DNA of 64,000 bases from Enoplolaimus lenunculus (Eukaryota), in contig JASANG010003005.1 of NCBI GenBank assembly GCA_030248215.1, positions 186,001 to 250,000 of the forward strand, in the 5' to 3' direction. Numbering within the stretch: position 1 is the stretch's first letter; each line of letters begins with the position of its first letter. A program made the position numbers and the translations under genes. The notes beneath the pieces are model-generated. The model ran no database searches. It had not been told where the DNA came from and saw only the letters and a program-made list of their open reading frames with translations. Positions 42,217 to 54,807 of the stretch are shown in pieces.

Positions 42217-42494
42217 AGCCCTATTCATACGTACAAGTTTTTGCTGCGAAAAGTTGCAGCTTCAAATTGCGCGCAGAACTTGGCATTTTTTCATCAGCCA
42301 ATGAGAAAGCGGCGGCAATAAATTCAGTAAACTTGCTTGGTTATTCGCACATAGAATCTAAATTTCTAGCTTTGATTTTTAATGAATTATTTGCAGCTGC
42401 AAAATTTTTCTAACGGGATTTTGCACAAAACTTTGCAAGTGCAAATTGCAGCTGCGAGTTCTCGCAGCAAAAGCTTGCTCGTGTGAATAGGGCT
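42217..42494. mobile_element. PIF/Harbinger (Tourist-like) MITE; longer relative ~8168-8662
   Basis: TIRs agccctattcatacg / cgtgtgaatagggct; TTA TSD. Confidence 0.8.
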
Positions 42495-45400
42495 TTACTT
42501 ACTAAATTTAACAAAAATTCGGTTGAAATATTAAGCTTACACGAGGCGTTGGCTAAAACTATTCTAGCAAGCTGAGCCGGTCAAGAGGCCCTCTGGCTAC
42601 GGGCTCACCTGATTTTATTTATTAAGGTGGGGTGTTTGTTTTTAAACAACCCTATTTTAAAGAAATTCAACGCTGCCTTGTTTAACGTCTTCCACGTCAT
42701 AAGTGTGTTGTTTTCGTTTGTTTCACCAGTGGTTACGGTTGGTTTAAATAAGATCGATTGACCAAAATAGGGCCAATCTATTGAACCTGACTGTAGATTC
42801 GGTTCCAGAACAGTGAATTGTTTAACTGGTCAAGACTGGTAAATACTGTGTGTTTGAAACGGATGTCTATATTCAGGTAGTTTTGACAAAAAATGGCTGT
42901 GTCTTTTAGACGCTTTCCTGTCACACGTAAAGCTTTAAGGCTATGAAAAACGCGTAGACTTCGAAAAGCTTTTTCGTAGCCTTAAAACTTTACGTGTGAC
43001 AGGAAAGCGTCCAACTTCGAAAAGTTTTTCGTAGACCCGTATTCTCCAAATGTATGCCAGCACCTATCACCAGCAGTTGGCGATAGGTCCTGTAACTTTC
43101 GAACCAGTGAATGCTGAGGCTCAACATTTAGCGCATTTTTTGCATTTGATATGCCGTTGTCTTGTACAAATTTTGAGTGCAGTCACTGTAATAGGTAGTG
43201 AGTTTGAAGCCTATTAACTAACTGATGACAGTTGCTATATTAATTTGAGAATATAAGCTTTAAACTTAAGTCTAAGAGCGTGCGGGGAAGTGTATAAAAG
43301 CCAGTTGGTGTTTACAAAAACTGAAAACAAATTATGTTGATTAAGCTGATTTTATACGTACTTTACGCGTTAAGCCTAAGCGACATGCGTTGTGAAGGCT
43401 GCGGTTTACCTACGTTTCAAGATTGAAAATAGCGAGACAGTTTTTTGACAGTGGCTTTGTTCCTCGCGGAAATTTTTGCGAAATTGTATATAGCCTATGG
43501 TGCAACCGGAATTCAGATTCAAAACGAATATTGATTTTGATTGCACAATCAGTTAAAATCAAGGTTTTGAAATCTTAATTTTAGTCCTACTTGTTGTGAT
43601 ATGTTGCATAAATTTCTGTATTCTTTATCTATTGAATTGTTTTCAATGAGTTAACTTATCAATAATTGATTGTAGTTTAGCCTTACGGAACCAAAAAAAT
43701 CATCGCCAATTGGTCGATGCGACGTTTTTGAAAATTGTTGTCAAATAACAGACACCCTAAATCTATATAATTAAAACTGGAATGCACCACATACGTATTC
43801 TGGGCAACTTTCCAGTATCACTTTGTTTACTACAATTTCTTGGAACATAAACGTGATTACTCTGTTATTTTGATGCAAGTTTTTGTGCTTTGTCTAACTT
43901 TTGTGCACTGCGCAAAGTCGGCTGACTAGACAATATTAGTTTTGTAAACATATACAAATAATCCGTACAGTTATAAAATTTCTAGTTCCTATTCAGCTAT
44001 AAATTTGCTGTTCCGATTCTGATATAGTCCACTGCCGCTGTGCAGTCTGATACAAGCCTGTTTTACGGTAGATTTTGTATGCTTGGCTATTTGTAGGGGT
44101 CGTGCTTTAGTGCTCTCTGAACTGAAACCCCGGCTGGTGTGGGTGATGTAAAAAAAATGCCTGACATTAGCGAATAAAATCCATTCTAAAAACTACACTG
44201 AACCCAAGTGCTAACTTTTTCGAGAAATTTGAACACAAAAATGTGTGTCTGGCTTATCGGACGTGAAATTTCCTAAATACGATGCTAATAGTACAAATCA
44301 ACTTTATTGAACGAAGCTCGGAGTTTTGCGAAGCGTTGTTATGTTTTGTGCTCGGGAGTCGAAATGTGAATGCGTGTCTGTCGGTCCATCTGACAAAAAT
44401 GTCAAAAAACCGCTGAACCGATTTTGATAAACTTTTTGTTTGAAAGCTTATTATTTGGGGGTGTGTGTTAACCTCGCATTGTTGTTTTAAAATTTTTTTA
44501 GCTGTTTACTAGGTTTCAGGCGTATTTGAATAATTTGTGAAGCCGAAATTAGGTCTTTTTAAAATTATTTCAGCAAGTATTCGGGTTTCAAGCGAATTGA
44601 TTTCAATACTGAAAGGTTTTTGGGTGCGATGAATCGGAACAAATCATTTATAAACCCGTGAAATAAATGAATTGTTAGCTTATATACTACTAATTAGCAT
44701 ATCAGCTATGGTAGTTTAGTTGGGAATTATTATTTTGCAAGCGTTTGGACGGTGTCGGCTTCAGTGGATTTTGGACATGAGATATTTAAATACAGCGTGT
44801 AGAAGTTGGAACACTTGAAATTAGTTAGCAACACGCTATATATTACCTGCGGTAGTGACCCGAATAAGAGGGGGCCCCATTTTGAGTTCCTATCAATAGG
44901 AGTCCGTATCCCTAATAAGAGTCCGTAAGCGGACAGACTCCCTAAACTCTAATTAGAGTCCATAAATGTCAACTATCTCTAATTGTAGCGCATAAATGAC
45001 TCCAGTACCAAGGAATTTGAGTTCGAAACTTTAGAGCGTACTTAAATTTTGAAAGTACATTCCTAAGTATAACCTTGTATTATCGCTCAAGCGATTGACA
45101 CAAGACAAATAAACGTTTAATTCGACGGATAATTACAGCACCGGATATATATCAGTAACGATGGGTGGCGGAGCGTGGGTAAAAAATAACTAACAGTCCG
45201 TAACCGGATCACAACGGGGGTGCCCTCTGGAGAGGCCAAATAAATATCAGTCCCTCCCTCTTATTCGGGTCACTACAGTGTGCCAATTATAGCATTTGAG
45301 TGCAATATATGCTTAAGTATTGGTTTTGCCGTCATGTACATGATATAACACTGTTCCGTAGGGTTTATGGATAAGACACAATTACGCTTGCTCCAAACTT

Positions 45401-45619
45401 TCTATATTTCAAATCAGTATGATCCTTACTAATTAGCATAGTTACTTATTCCTATTATTGCATTTGAGTATATTGTTAATAAGCGGGTACGCTCAGTGCA
45501 ACCGGTATATTGTTATGTAAAGATCAATGGAAGAGAGTTCACGCATCGGACGACCCGGCCCAATCCACTCACATGGCTCGCAAAAATCACTAATATCCAG
45601 CGTTATAAAAATATACCGG

Positions 45620-45981
45620 TGCTGTGTATGAGTGCCAAGTTTTAGCTGGCTCTCTCTGGTCTGGACGCTGTGTATGAGTGCCAAGTTTTAGCTGGCTCTC
45701 TGTGGTCTGGACGCTGTGTATGAGTGCCAAGATTTAGCTGGCTCTCTGGTCTGGACGCTGTGTATGAGTGCCAAGATTTAGCTGGCTCTCTGTGGTCTGG
45801 ACGCTGTGTATGAGTGCCAAGATTTAGCTGGCTCTCTGGTCTGGACGCTGTGTATGAGTGCCAAGATTTAGCTGGCTCTCTCTGGTCTGGACGCTGTGTA
45901 TGAGTGCCAAGATTTAGCTGGCTCTCTGGTCTGGACGCTGTGTATGAGTGCCAAGATTTAGCTGGCTCTCTGGTCTGGACG
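45620..45981. repeat. Minisatellite, alternating 44/46-bp units (90-bp dimer), ~8 units
   Basis: ctggacgctg at 45661, 45751, 45841 and 45931. Confidence 0.95.
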
Positions 45982-46087
45982 ATAACATCCCAATTTGATT
46001 GCACAGTTGTTATTAGATTACCCTGTGAGTGGCTATAATTATGGTGTTGTGTTCGTCGAAATCTGTATTTTGCGGTTTATCGTTCAG

Positions 46088-46144
46088 GTATTGTATTGGT
46101 TCGCTCACCGAGGGCTCTCCAATTAATCCAAGAAAGACCTATGG
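46088..46144 (+). CDS. sad-1: sad-1 exon 12: YCIGSLTEGSPINPRKTYG
   Basis: ttcag acceptor, gtaagc donor; GSPINPRKTYG recalled from nematode SAD-1. Confidence 0.9.
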
Positions 46145-46766
46145 GTAAGCTTGTGTAATGTTGTATTCCACCGTAGAACTAAATTATAGCCAGTTTTGAT
46201 TAATCTATATATTAAAGCTGGAATGCCGTACATACGTATTTTGGACAACTTTCAAGCAATTAATTTGTTCACAATATCATTACAAGTAACAAAAATGTGA
46301 TTGTTGTCGGAAAAGATAATTTGTGGGTTCGCTAACTTTTGCGCCATTGCGTAACACTGGCTGAATAGTAATTTTTGATATAGTTATTGTTTTGGCTAAA
46401 TGTAATCTTTATTTCTCACTATTACTGCACGCCTCCATGTGCCGTTGTAGAGTCAATTTTAAGCTGTATTGTTTATATTTGAACAATGGATATGTTTCAA
46501 AATTCGGTTCCCATTCCTGATGAACTAAACATTTCAGTTATGGTTGAAACCCTGACAGCTAGCTGATTTTTTCTACATTCAGCCGCTGTTTGCACAGGTC
46601 AAAATATATTTTAATTTACCGTTGCCACCGACATAGCTGGCAATTCAAAAAATAATTGCGATGTTTTGTATAATTTAGCAATACTTTAACGAATGTTTTA
46701 CATCCGGTTTCTGGGTTTTTTAAGCAATATTTTTTATTAAAGTGGTTAAGTTAATATTTATTGCAG

Positions 46767-47053
46767 GCGTGCAAGGCATCATAGTGTCAGTGGAAGTCCA
46801 TCAAACTCGCCACATAACTCACCGTTACCGTTGGGCCGGTCGGCGAACGTAAACAAAGGCAGTAGCTCAAACGTAAACAATAATAAATCAAACAACAATA
46901 ACAATAATGGCAACATTAACAACGTTGGAGACAATAATTATGGTAGAATTAATGCGACGATTCGAAGCGGAGCGTGTATTTCACCTGGTCGAAATAATCA
47001 GTCAGTTGTTCATAATCGTGCCGGATCAATGAAGTATGGATATCATACGACAG
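46767..47053 (+). CDS. sad-1: sad-1 exon 13: RARHHSVSGSPSNSP, Asn-rich tract, ...YHTTG
   Basis: ttgcag acceptor, gtaagc donor; in frame with ORF 46831. Confidence 0.88.
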
Positions 47054-47540
47054 GTAAGCAACAACTTATAATTGTTCATCTACAGCCAAAGGTTGCGCTG
47101 TGCTTTACTGTGCCGCGCGGTGGCGTCCGACACATCGTGGACGGCGCTATTTTTGGGGTAGTGCTATGCGTTTTGATCAAGTCTGACTCAAAACGTTTAC
47201 ATTCGATGGTTCGAAAATTTTTCAAATGATAATCGTCGCCAGCAAACGATAGGTTCAAGACGTAGTTGAACATACCAGTTGTACAAAACGAGGTCTGTCT
47301 TCGTTTTTGGTAGACTTTTGACATATGATTCCGGCAGTTTCCGTAGCAAAATACTGAAGTTTTTCAGAAATCGCTGAAAAAATATATCTTTTTGCAAAAC
47401 TTTATTGATTATTGTTAAAATTGTAGGCGAATTTACGTGATAACATTTATCTGATCAACTGCCGCTTCGTAAAATTTTGTGGACGTTACACTTTCGGTTG
47501 ACCCTTGCGAGTAACGTGATTATTAATTTACTATTTTTAG

Positions 47541-48017
47541 GAAGGTCACGCGGCGGTGGTGGCTCTGATGCCGGAATCCCATCGTACGGCTCACGGGCAA
47601 GTGCTGTAGGAACCGGGAATTCCTATTCAAAAACGTCACTTTCGTCTGCAACTGACAGTAGTAATGATCATATTCATCAGCAACATCAACATCATATTCA
47701 TAGTGTAACGTGCCAGCAACGACAAAGCCAACAAGCCAGTAATCTAACACCGCCTGGAGTTCTTTCGCCGCCGGCTTATGATAATAGCAGCAGCAGTGCC
47801 GCGGCTGCTAGTAATAGTTCGTCATGTGCCGCTGGCGCATCTGCGTCTAGTAGCATAGGCGCCAGCAGCACAGGTGGACGCAGTAATCCCACCTCACCTA
47901 TGATTTCGTCTTCACAACAGCAGCAGCAGCAGCAACCGCAGCCGTGGAAATCGCGTCTCTCAAGTATCAAAAATTCGTTTTTGGGTAGTCCTCGGTTTCA
48001 TCGACGAAAAATGAACT
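47541..48017 (+). CDS. sad-1: sad-1 exon 14: S/Q-rich linker ending PWKSRLSSIKNSFLGSPRFHRRKMN
   Basis: ttttag acceptor, gtaagt donor; conserved BRSK motif IKNSFLGSPRFHRRK. Confidence 0.93.
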
Positions 48018-48510
48018 GTAAGTTTACCATTGGCGTAGATAGAATAAAAATTGTGGTGTGGAAAGCACGAATTGTTATAAAAAATATACATTTTTCGAAC
48101 ATGATCATAGAAGCATTTCTTTATTTGATAAATTTTTGTAAAGGGGAAACTGAACGTTTTTTAATTCTTTTTTTAAAAATACCCGAGCATACGCCTCTGT
48201 TTGATGTCGTTACTAGCTTTTAAGCATAGGCGTATCTTTAAATGAAACTGGTATGAGGCTACGATGTGTCAAGGGTGTAGGCATGCCGAAATTTTTGAAA
48301 CAGCTTTACCCCCGATCGTTTTCAAGTTTGTTCTGGCTACTCCCCCTTTGCAGTGTTAATGATTTGCTTTGCGTCAACGGTGAAGGTATGTACCATTAAG
48401 ACAGTAGAAATCGGTGTCTCAGTGAAAGGTTGAGATTAAGACTGCGTTTTGTATCCCGCAGGATATACAGTCATAATACTAAGTTTTGTATCCCGGAGGA
48501 TATACAGTCA

Positions 48511-48513
48511 TAA

Positions 48514-48581
<68 letters not shown>
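48511..48581. repeat. (AAT)n microsatellite
   Basis: Seen directly. Confidence 0.95.
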
Positions 48582-48690
48582 GTGTATGCAGTTTGTAGTG
48601 TTTGGTGAGTTTCAAATTTATTGCACCCCAGAATTGCAGACTAATACTTAAGTAATTATTCAACTGATTGCGGCTGTTATTTTGTTTCAG

Positions 48691-48733
48691 CTGACTCGGA
48701 CTCAGAAGAAAGTCAAATGTTGGATACCACAGA
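48691..48733 (+). CDS. sad-1: sad-1 exon 15: SDSDSEESQMLDTTD
   Basis: tttcag acceptor, gtaagt donor; phase 1 to 2 bridges exons 14 and 16. Confidence 0.9.
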
Positions 48734-49181
48734 GTAAGTGACGTCTCGTCAATTGCGTCAAATTATGGTGTCGCTTATACTGCAACTGTTTTGATGCCTT
48801 CGGGTATACGGTATCGTGTGTTAATTGTACGACGACGGACATCGCCGCAGAAGTATAGCGCAGCCTTTTGGTGTGCTGGTTGAATTACACCGTTCAAATT
48901 ACATTAAGGGTGGCAATATTCGTTAGACTTGCGGCATGACACCGCATAACACTTTGTAAACAAAATATTTTTCGACTTTCTGCGCCGGGCGGCGTAGCAA
49001 TGCAAATATAGTTTCACTCTATATTGTATTACCATTATCAGTAGCAATGATTTTGCGTTTTCAATATCTTTCAAGTGTCTTCATCATTGGTTTTTCACTT
49101 ATCCAGGCAATATTTACTTCTAGTAAGAGATCTTTGAGAAACGTTATAATGTGAATTGTTGAACCTTACGTTTGTTTTCAG

Positions 49182-49314
49182 TCTGGTCAAAAAATCGTGG
49201 TTTGGCTCGCTGACTAGTAGCTCAAGCGTCGATAAAGAAGATACACATTGCATTATGGTACAAGAAAAGTCACTGAGTTCGGTCAAAGCGTTGCTTATTC
49301 GAGCATTTCTGACT
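49182..49314 (+). CDS. sad-1: sad-1 exon 16: LVKKSWFGSL...IRAFLT (AIS / KA1 start)
   Basis: ttttcag acceptor, gtaagt donor. Confidence 0.95.
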
Positions 49315-49855
49315 GTAAGTCTGGCATGTTGTTTCTGAATTAATGGGTGTTACTGGTGATTATTTAACTTCGTCATGTTGTGTTCTAGAATGGCAACAAA
49401 ATTTTTGGCCTAGAGATTCGGATTCACTTTTGAGAAAATCGAATTCCAGCCATGTAAGGCAGTACAGTTTTGTTCGTATGAAATTGAGTTTGAACGAGGG
49501 TGAGCCATGTTTCGGAAATGTTTAAGCTTTTGTAGTTCTAAACCTCAATGCACGGATCCGAGTTTCGATGTTTTAAAATTCACATGTTTCTATTGCTTGC
49601 GTAAGATTCGGTTTGCTTAGTTATCATGCCAAACGGTTACAATTTTTTTTCTACAATGCCGCTAATATGTCTGCTTGTACACTTTCTTAATGTAGTTAGC
49701 AAATTTTATTTTTCTGTGTGTAACCTAATCATAAATGTAAATCTTTTACACATAGAATTAAACTTATGTTTTGCTTGGAACAGAATGTTCGTAATTTTAA
49801 AAAAACATCAATAGGACAAACTGTTATTGATAAACTTCATCATATAATGTTTAAG

Positions 49856-49963
49856 ATACACGAGCTCAATCACAGCGTGGTAGGGCAAACGTCGTTTCGC
49901 GTTGAATATAAGCGTTCAAGTGGTGGTGCGAGTGGCGTATTTTCTAGAGGTGTTCGAATGCAG
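49856..49963 (+). CDS. sad-1: sad-1 exon 17: IHELNHSVVGQTSFRVEYKR...GVRMQ (KA1)
   Basis: tttaag acceptor, gttagc donor. Confidence 0.93.
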
Positions 49964-50376
49964 GTTAGCTAAATTATTGTTTTGGCTGAATATTGTTTTA
50001 ACTAATTAGGAAGTAATTTCGTAAACGCAAAATTGCAATATTTGATTAGCGTTCGTTTTGAGTGCGGCACGTTGTTTGTGGATGTTAAAAAATGCAGTAA
50101 TAGTAATTCACTTCGAGTTACCTAAGGGTTGCGCGGTAATTGGCTTGCGGCCCCGCACGCCAACGTGCGATACCGCGCGTTATGTCGGGGAAGTAATGTT
50201 TAAAAACGCGAGTTTTATAGCGCGGTGGCGTGGAGCAGCAACGAATGGCCCGTTCTGTTAAGGCGTGGCGTTGCGCTACACAGAAAAGGACAAAGCAACG
50301 CTAAGTCCATCAGGAGGGGTCAATGCTATATTGTTTTAACAGTTTCAGTATTTATGTTTTGGTTAATTTGTTTTAG

Positions 50377-50461
50377 GTAGACATTATATCAACGCAACGA
50401 ACTGTTCCAACGCAAAACGAATCATCATCGACTTATGTTATTCAATTCACATTAGTTACAG
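50377..50461 (+). CDS. sad-1: sad-1 exon 18: VDIISTQ...YVIQFTLVTG (KA1)
   Basis: ttttag acceptor, gtttgt donor. Confidence 0.93.
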
Positions 50462-51396
50462 GTTTGTTGTATATTTGAAGGCGGGGATTTTGTTATTTTT
50501 CTGTTAATTACCAATAGGTTTTCAAACAAGCGAACTGAAGCAGCTACAAACGTCACGTCGACTCACTTAGAACTAATCCTGTGCAAAATGTGTTGATTTT
50601 GAATCACTTCATTCGCTGGTTCGAAAGCTACATGATGATGATAGGTGTAACGTACATTTTTAAGAATGTTGGCTACATGCACCAAACAAATTGTCTAAAA
50701 TTTAATCCAGACGTATATCTCTTGAATTCTAGATTTTTATTCCTGAAGTTGTTCAAAAGTATACGTCTGAAATTTTTCTGATTTAAATAGTCTGAAATTT
50801 AAGGGTTTCTTTCTTAAACGATTTCACAAAGATTTCTGAAATAAAAGACATAATAAGCTGATTTTTCAGACATATAAGTTCAAAATTAGTAGTTTAAGGT
50901 CAACCAAAGTTTTTGATTTTACGATCCAAGATACGTAAAGATGTAAAAGGTTGGGAGAGCCTGAACTCAACCCGAAACATCGTCGAAATTTTTATTATTT
51001 TATATACACTCTTAAGAATATAAACTAAGGGATTCGTTTACATACATTAAAATTTATTACCCCTTGAATATTAGACAACTATTTCTTGAAAAGAAGTTGC
51101 TTGTGCATATCAATTTATTGGCAACAGTAATTTCTTGAATAAAAGACATTATTAGGTTTTAACTTTTCCAGACACGAATTTCTGAACTGTTTCAGACTAT
51201 TAATCGGTAATGAGTCTTAAAATTTCAAGGTAATTTTATGCATGTATGTAGGTTCAGGATGAGTGGTTCTGTCCAGTTCGCACAATATATACTGAGTGTG
51301 CTGAAGTTTCAAAACATTGTGAAGGATCAGACTTAATCATGCTCTATACTTTTACTATATTATGGTTTTATTTTGATGTGTTCTTGCTATTTTCAG

Positions 51397-52409
51397 GGCC
51401 TGTACGTCGATTTCGAAGGCTAGTTGATCATTTAACCGCAATTATTCAGTCACAGAGCGCTCGCCTAAATGCGCCCAACCAGTCTAACATAGAACCGCCG
51501 TCTCCACAGCAACAGCAAAAACAACAGCAACAGCAACGGTTATCGACCGGATCTGTGAACCAATGCGCGACTCTGTCTGCTGTAGAGCAATCACCGAAAA
51601 CTCGAACAGGAGTCACGCTTCATTCAAACGAAAACAACACGTCCGTTGAAAATGGCAATCATAGTGGTCGTAATGGTTGTGACAGCGGTAATATGAATGG
51701 AAATGTAAGTTATTCGCAACAACGCGTACAACATCAGCAGCAGCAACAACAGCAACAGCAGCATTATTATCGACAACAACAACAACACCATTACCATCAA
51801 CATCCACCAATTGTTGTACGTCCCAGGCGACTGTCAGATTCGTCGATGTCGTCTGCTTGCTCAGATGGTAGCGTTGGTAGTGGAGGAGGCGGAGGGGTCG
51901 CTGGATTTGGCCCTCCAGCAAGTATAATTTCCACCGGGCATGGAAAGCATGAATTGGGTAGAATAAGCGGCGGCGGGGTTATGCATCATCATCAGCAACA
52001 ACAACATAAATACAACCAAAATCGACAACCAACTATTGCTCCACCGCAACAGTCGTCGCTATTCGCAGGAGGCAGTTGCCGTGGGGGCATAGTCGCCGCA
52101 ACCGGTAACTGCTGTCCTTCGAATACTAATCGACAGTCACGCGGCGGTAGCAGTGGCGAAAGCCCTACTGCTGTTGCTGATAGGCCAGCGGGCGCGTATA
52201 CGGCGTTCGCTTGTGGCGGCCGCGGTCCGTTGCCTGACGCTACCATTGCTGGCTGTGTTGGGACCGGACCGACCGGGCGTTATAGTGTTTGCGGCAGTGA
52301 AATGTTGGAACACCAACCGCCATTGCAACAGCATCCGGTGTCAGTACCGCAACATTCGTGGTCGCAAACAAGTCTCCCCCAAGCACGGAGTGGGAATCAG
52401 GTTCGTTAA
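51397..52409 (+). CDS. sad-1: sad-1 exon 19: GPVRRFRRLVDHL, polyQ, VRPRRLSDSS; donor after 52400, or read-through to stop at 52407-52409
   Basis: ttttcag acceptor; KA1 terminal helix; cag|gttcgt donor, with TAA 6 nt downstream. Confidence 0.92.
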
Positions 52410-52870
52410 GGTTGAAGTAAAAGGGCTCGGCGCTGAATCGAAATGAATTGTCATGTCAAATAAGGACACTGGCCTCTGCCTATTTCCATTGTTGTAAGGT
52501 GTGGGCATTCCGCAACTTGAACGTAGGGAAAAACCTGCAGGCAATTGAAGATTGAGGGTGGGTGGCAATGCCGTAAGTTCAACCTGCGGATATTTTCACG
52601 CGTTATACATCCTTCAGTTTTGGCTGATAAATGCTCCCAGAAGTTGTTTACTCGCGTTATATTTTAGGTTTCATCTCGTTATAGAAATGTTCAAGTTGTA
52701 CATATTCAGTACTCAAAGGCTTTAAGCTGCACTTCGCTATGGAAAAGTGACGGCATCAGCCTAAAGGGCAGACCGAAAGTGGGAGGACGTGGCTTTTAGA
52801 GTTGCCCGGACCCATTTTATTAAAGAGAGCCCAAGTACAGCACCGGTCACCAGTTTGTTATACTTTTCAG

Positions 52871-52927
52871 CTTACCGAACTGCTGACCAACAGCAAGATG
52901 GATAAAAAAATGACACACACGTTATGA
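52871..52927 (+). CDS. Candidate alternative terminal exon LTELLTNSKMDKKMTHTL*
   Basis: Consensus TTTTCAG acceptor at 52864-52870, read in phase 0 from the 52400 donor. Confidence 0.35.
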   Translation, partial: LTELLTNSKMDKKMTHTL

Positions 52928-52989
52928 TATTTGTGGCAAAAAGCATATGAATTGTTTTCATTGATTATTATAATAGTTTTCTGTTACAG

Positions 52990-53089
52990 AGTTGTGAATT
53001 GCAACCATTACTCAAAACAGATAATCTGCGAAACGCGGCGATGTCAGTTGCGGTGACCACTTGCACTGGTTTAACATCCAATCAAGCGC

Positions 53090-53124
<35 letters not shown>

Positions 53125-54807
53125 CGACCGCGGTATGATGATCAGTCATTGTTTTCACGGCAGTCTAATGGCACATCACAAGTTTATGCCACTGGAGGAA
53201 TTGCTAGTGGTAACAATAGCTCATCTTCTCCGCTCTCGATGTCCTCGTCCGCATCAACCAAGTCTAATTATGCTGCCGCCCCTCCCTGTGGCACCTTACA
53301 CCAACAGTCATGTCCTCCGTCGATTCCACCCCCCGCTCCACCGGCAAATGTATCGCAGCACTACTCATCACGTATTGATTATTTACCAGCTGCGCATCCA
53401 GTCACATTTAACACACATCGGCAAGTGAAAGCTCCGACAGCATTGGTTCATGCGCATCAACAATTAACCGGTGACCTTGCGTCACCGTTACCGACTCAAG
53501 ATGCAGGTCAACCAGCTGTTGCTATGCCGTACCGTGGTACCACCGCAGGACTATTAGGATCAACTGGAATTACTGCTGGCGGACATCAATTAACTTCACA
53601 TCAAGTCCCGATTGCAATTTGTAGTGCCGGTCCTATTCGCAAATCTTCAAATCCAACGCATATCGCAGGCGGTACGAGTAATATGATCGCTGCCAATACA
53701 AGAGGTGGCCAACCTTTGCCACCCTCGCAACAGTTAGTTCAAGGTGGCACATCAAACATACCGACATACGCCGGTATTGGACTCAAAAGTCCACTGCCTG
53801 GTCGGCGAACGTCAAACATCAGCAGCGGAATTGCGTCAGGTCAACAAACGCCAAATATGGGAAGCAATACAAGTATTAATAGTATCAATAATAATAGTAA
53901 TAATAATAATAATAATAATACGGCGACGTTGGGGCATAGTGGTAATAGTAATACGAATTTGGTAAATATGCCCGCCGCCGGTAGTAATACAAGCATTGGT
54001 GGGTTGTTAGCGGCGGCGAGTGTAGGACGAAATTCAACTGAACTTCTATTCGACCCGGTGTCGTCGCCGCAACAAAGACAACATCAGCCCTACCAACATC
54101 ATCATCATTATCATCATCATCGAATGATGTTTACGTACCAAAATCAACAACAGCAGTCGGAACAGCAGCAGCAACTACAACAACAACAACAAACGCAACA
54201 ACAACAAACGACTAAGCGACCAGTAATGGCGACATATTCAGATCATCGACGATATCAGCCAGGTGGAGTTGTTGCGATGCTTGGGCAAATGACTGGCGGC
54301 GGAGGGCCTGCGGGAACAAGTGTCTGTATGGCGAGTGGCACTGCAACAGGATCGTATTCAGTGGGAGTCGAACAGCACCAAGCGACTGGGAACGCGGCGG
54401 CTGTTGGGACAGGTACGTGTCTGATTGGTAACGTTGGAAGCGGAGCTGCTCACCTAGCGTATGGAAGCATTGGGGCTATTCAACAGCAACAAAAGCAACG
54501 AAATCGGTATATCGACTATAGCGATGTGGCGGCTGTGTCTGGGGGTGTCTGCAATTCGGGTCCGTCAGGGCCGCTGCAGTCTGGATCTGGAAATAATAAC
54601 GGCAGTCGAAGATCAAGCAATTCGAGCGAAAGGGGAATCATTGGACCGTTGTTGATGAATACAGGCGCCGGAGGTCCGTTGGCTGCGAACGCCAGTATTA
54701 TTCATGGCGGAACGCGATCGGGTTCTACTCAGAGTATGTCAGCAGCAATACCGCATGGCCCTGGATCGCATTACGGAAGTGGACCAACGCATTACAATCA
54801 AATGTGA
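52990..54807 (+). CDS. sad-1: Putative sad-1 terminal exon 20 (605 aa low-complexity tail, SCELQPLL...HYNQM*)
   Basis: ttacag acceptor is phase 0, matching the 52400 donor; 1.8-kb uninterrupted ORF with composition like exon 19. Confidence 0.78.

Noticed and set aside
45642..46004. 120-aa repetitive ORF
   Set aside because: Translation of the 90-bp minisatellite dimer.
51613..54655. Antisense and alternative-frame ORFs over exons 19-20
   Set aside because: Shadows of GC-richer, low-complexity coding sequence.
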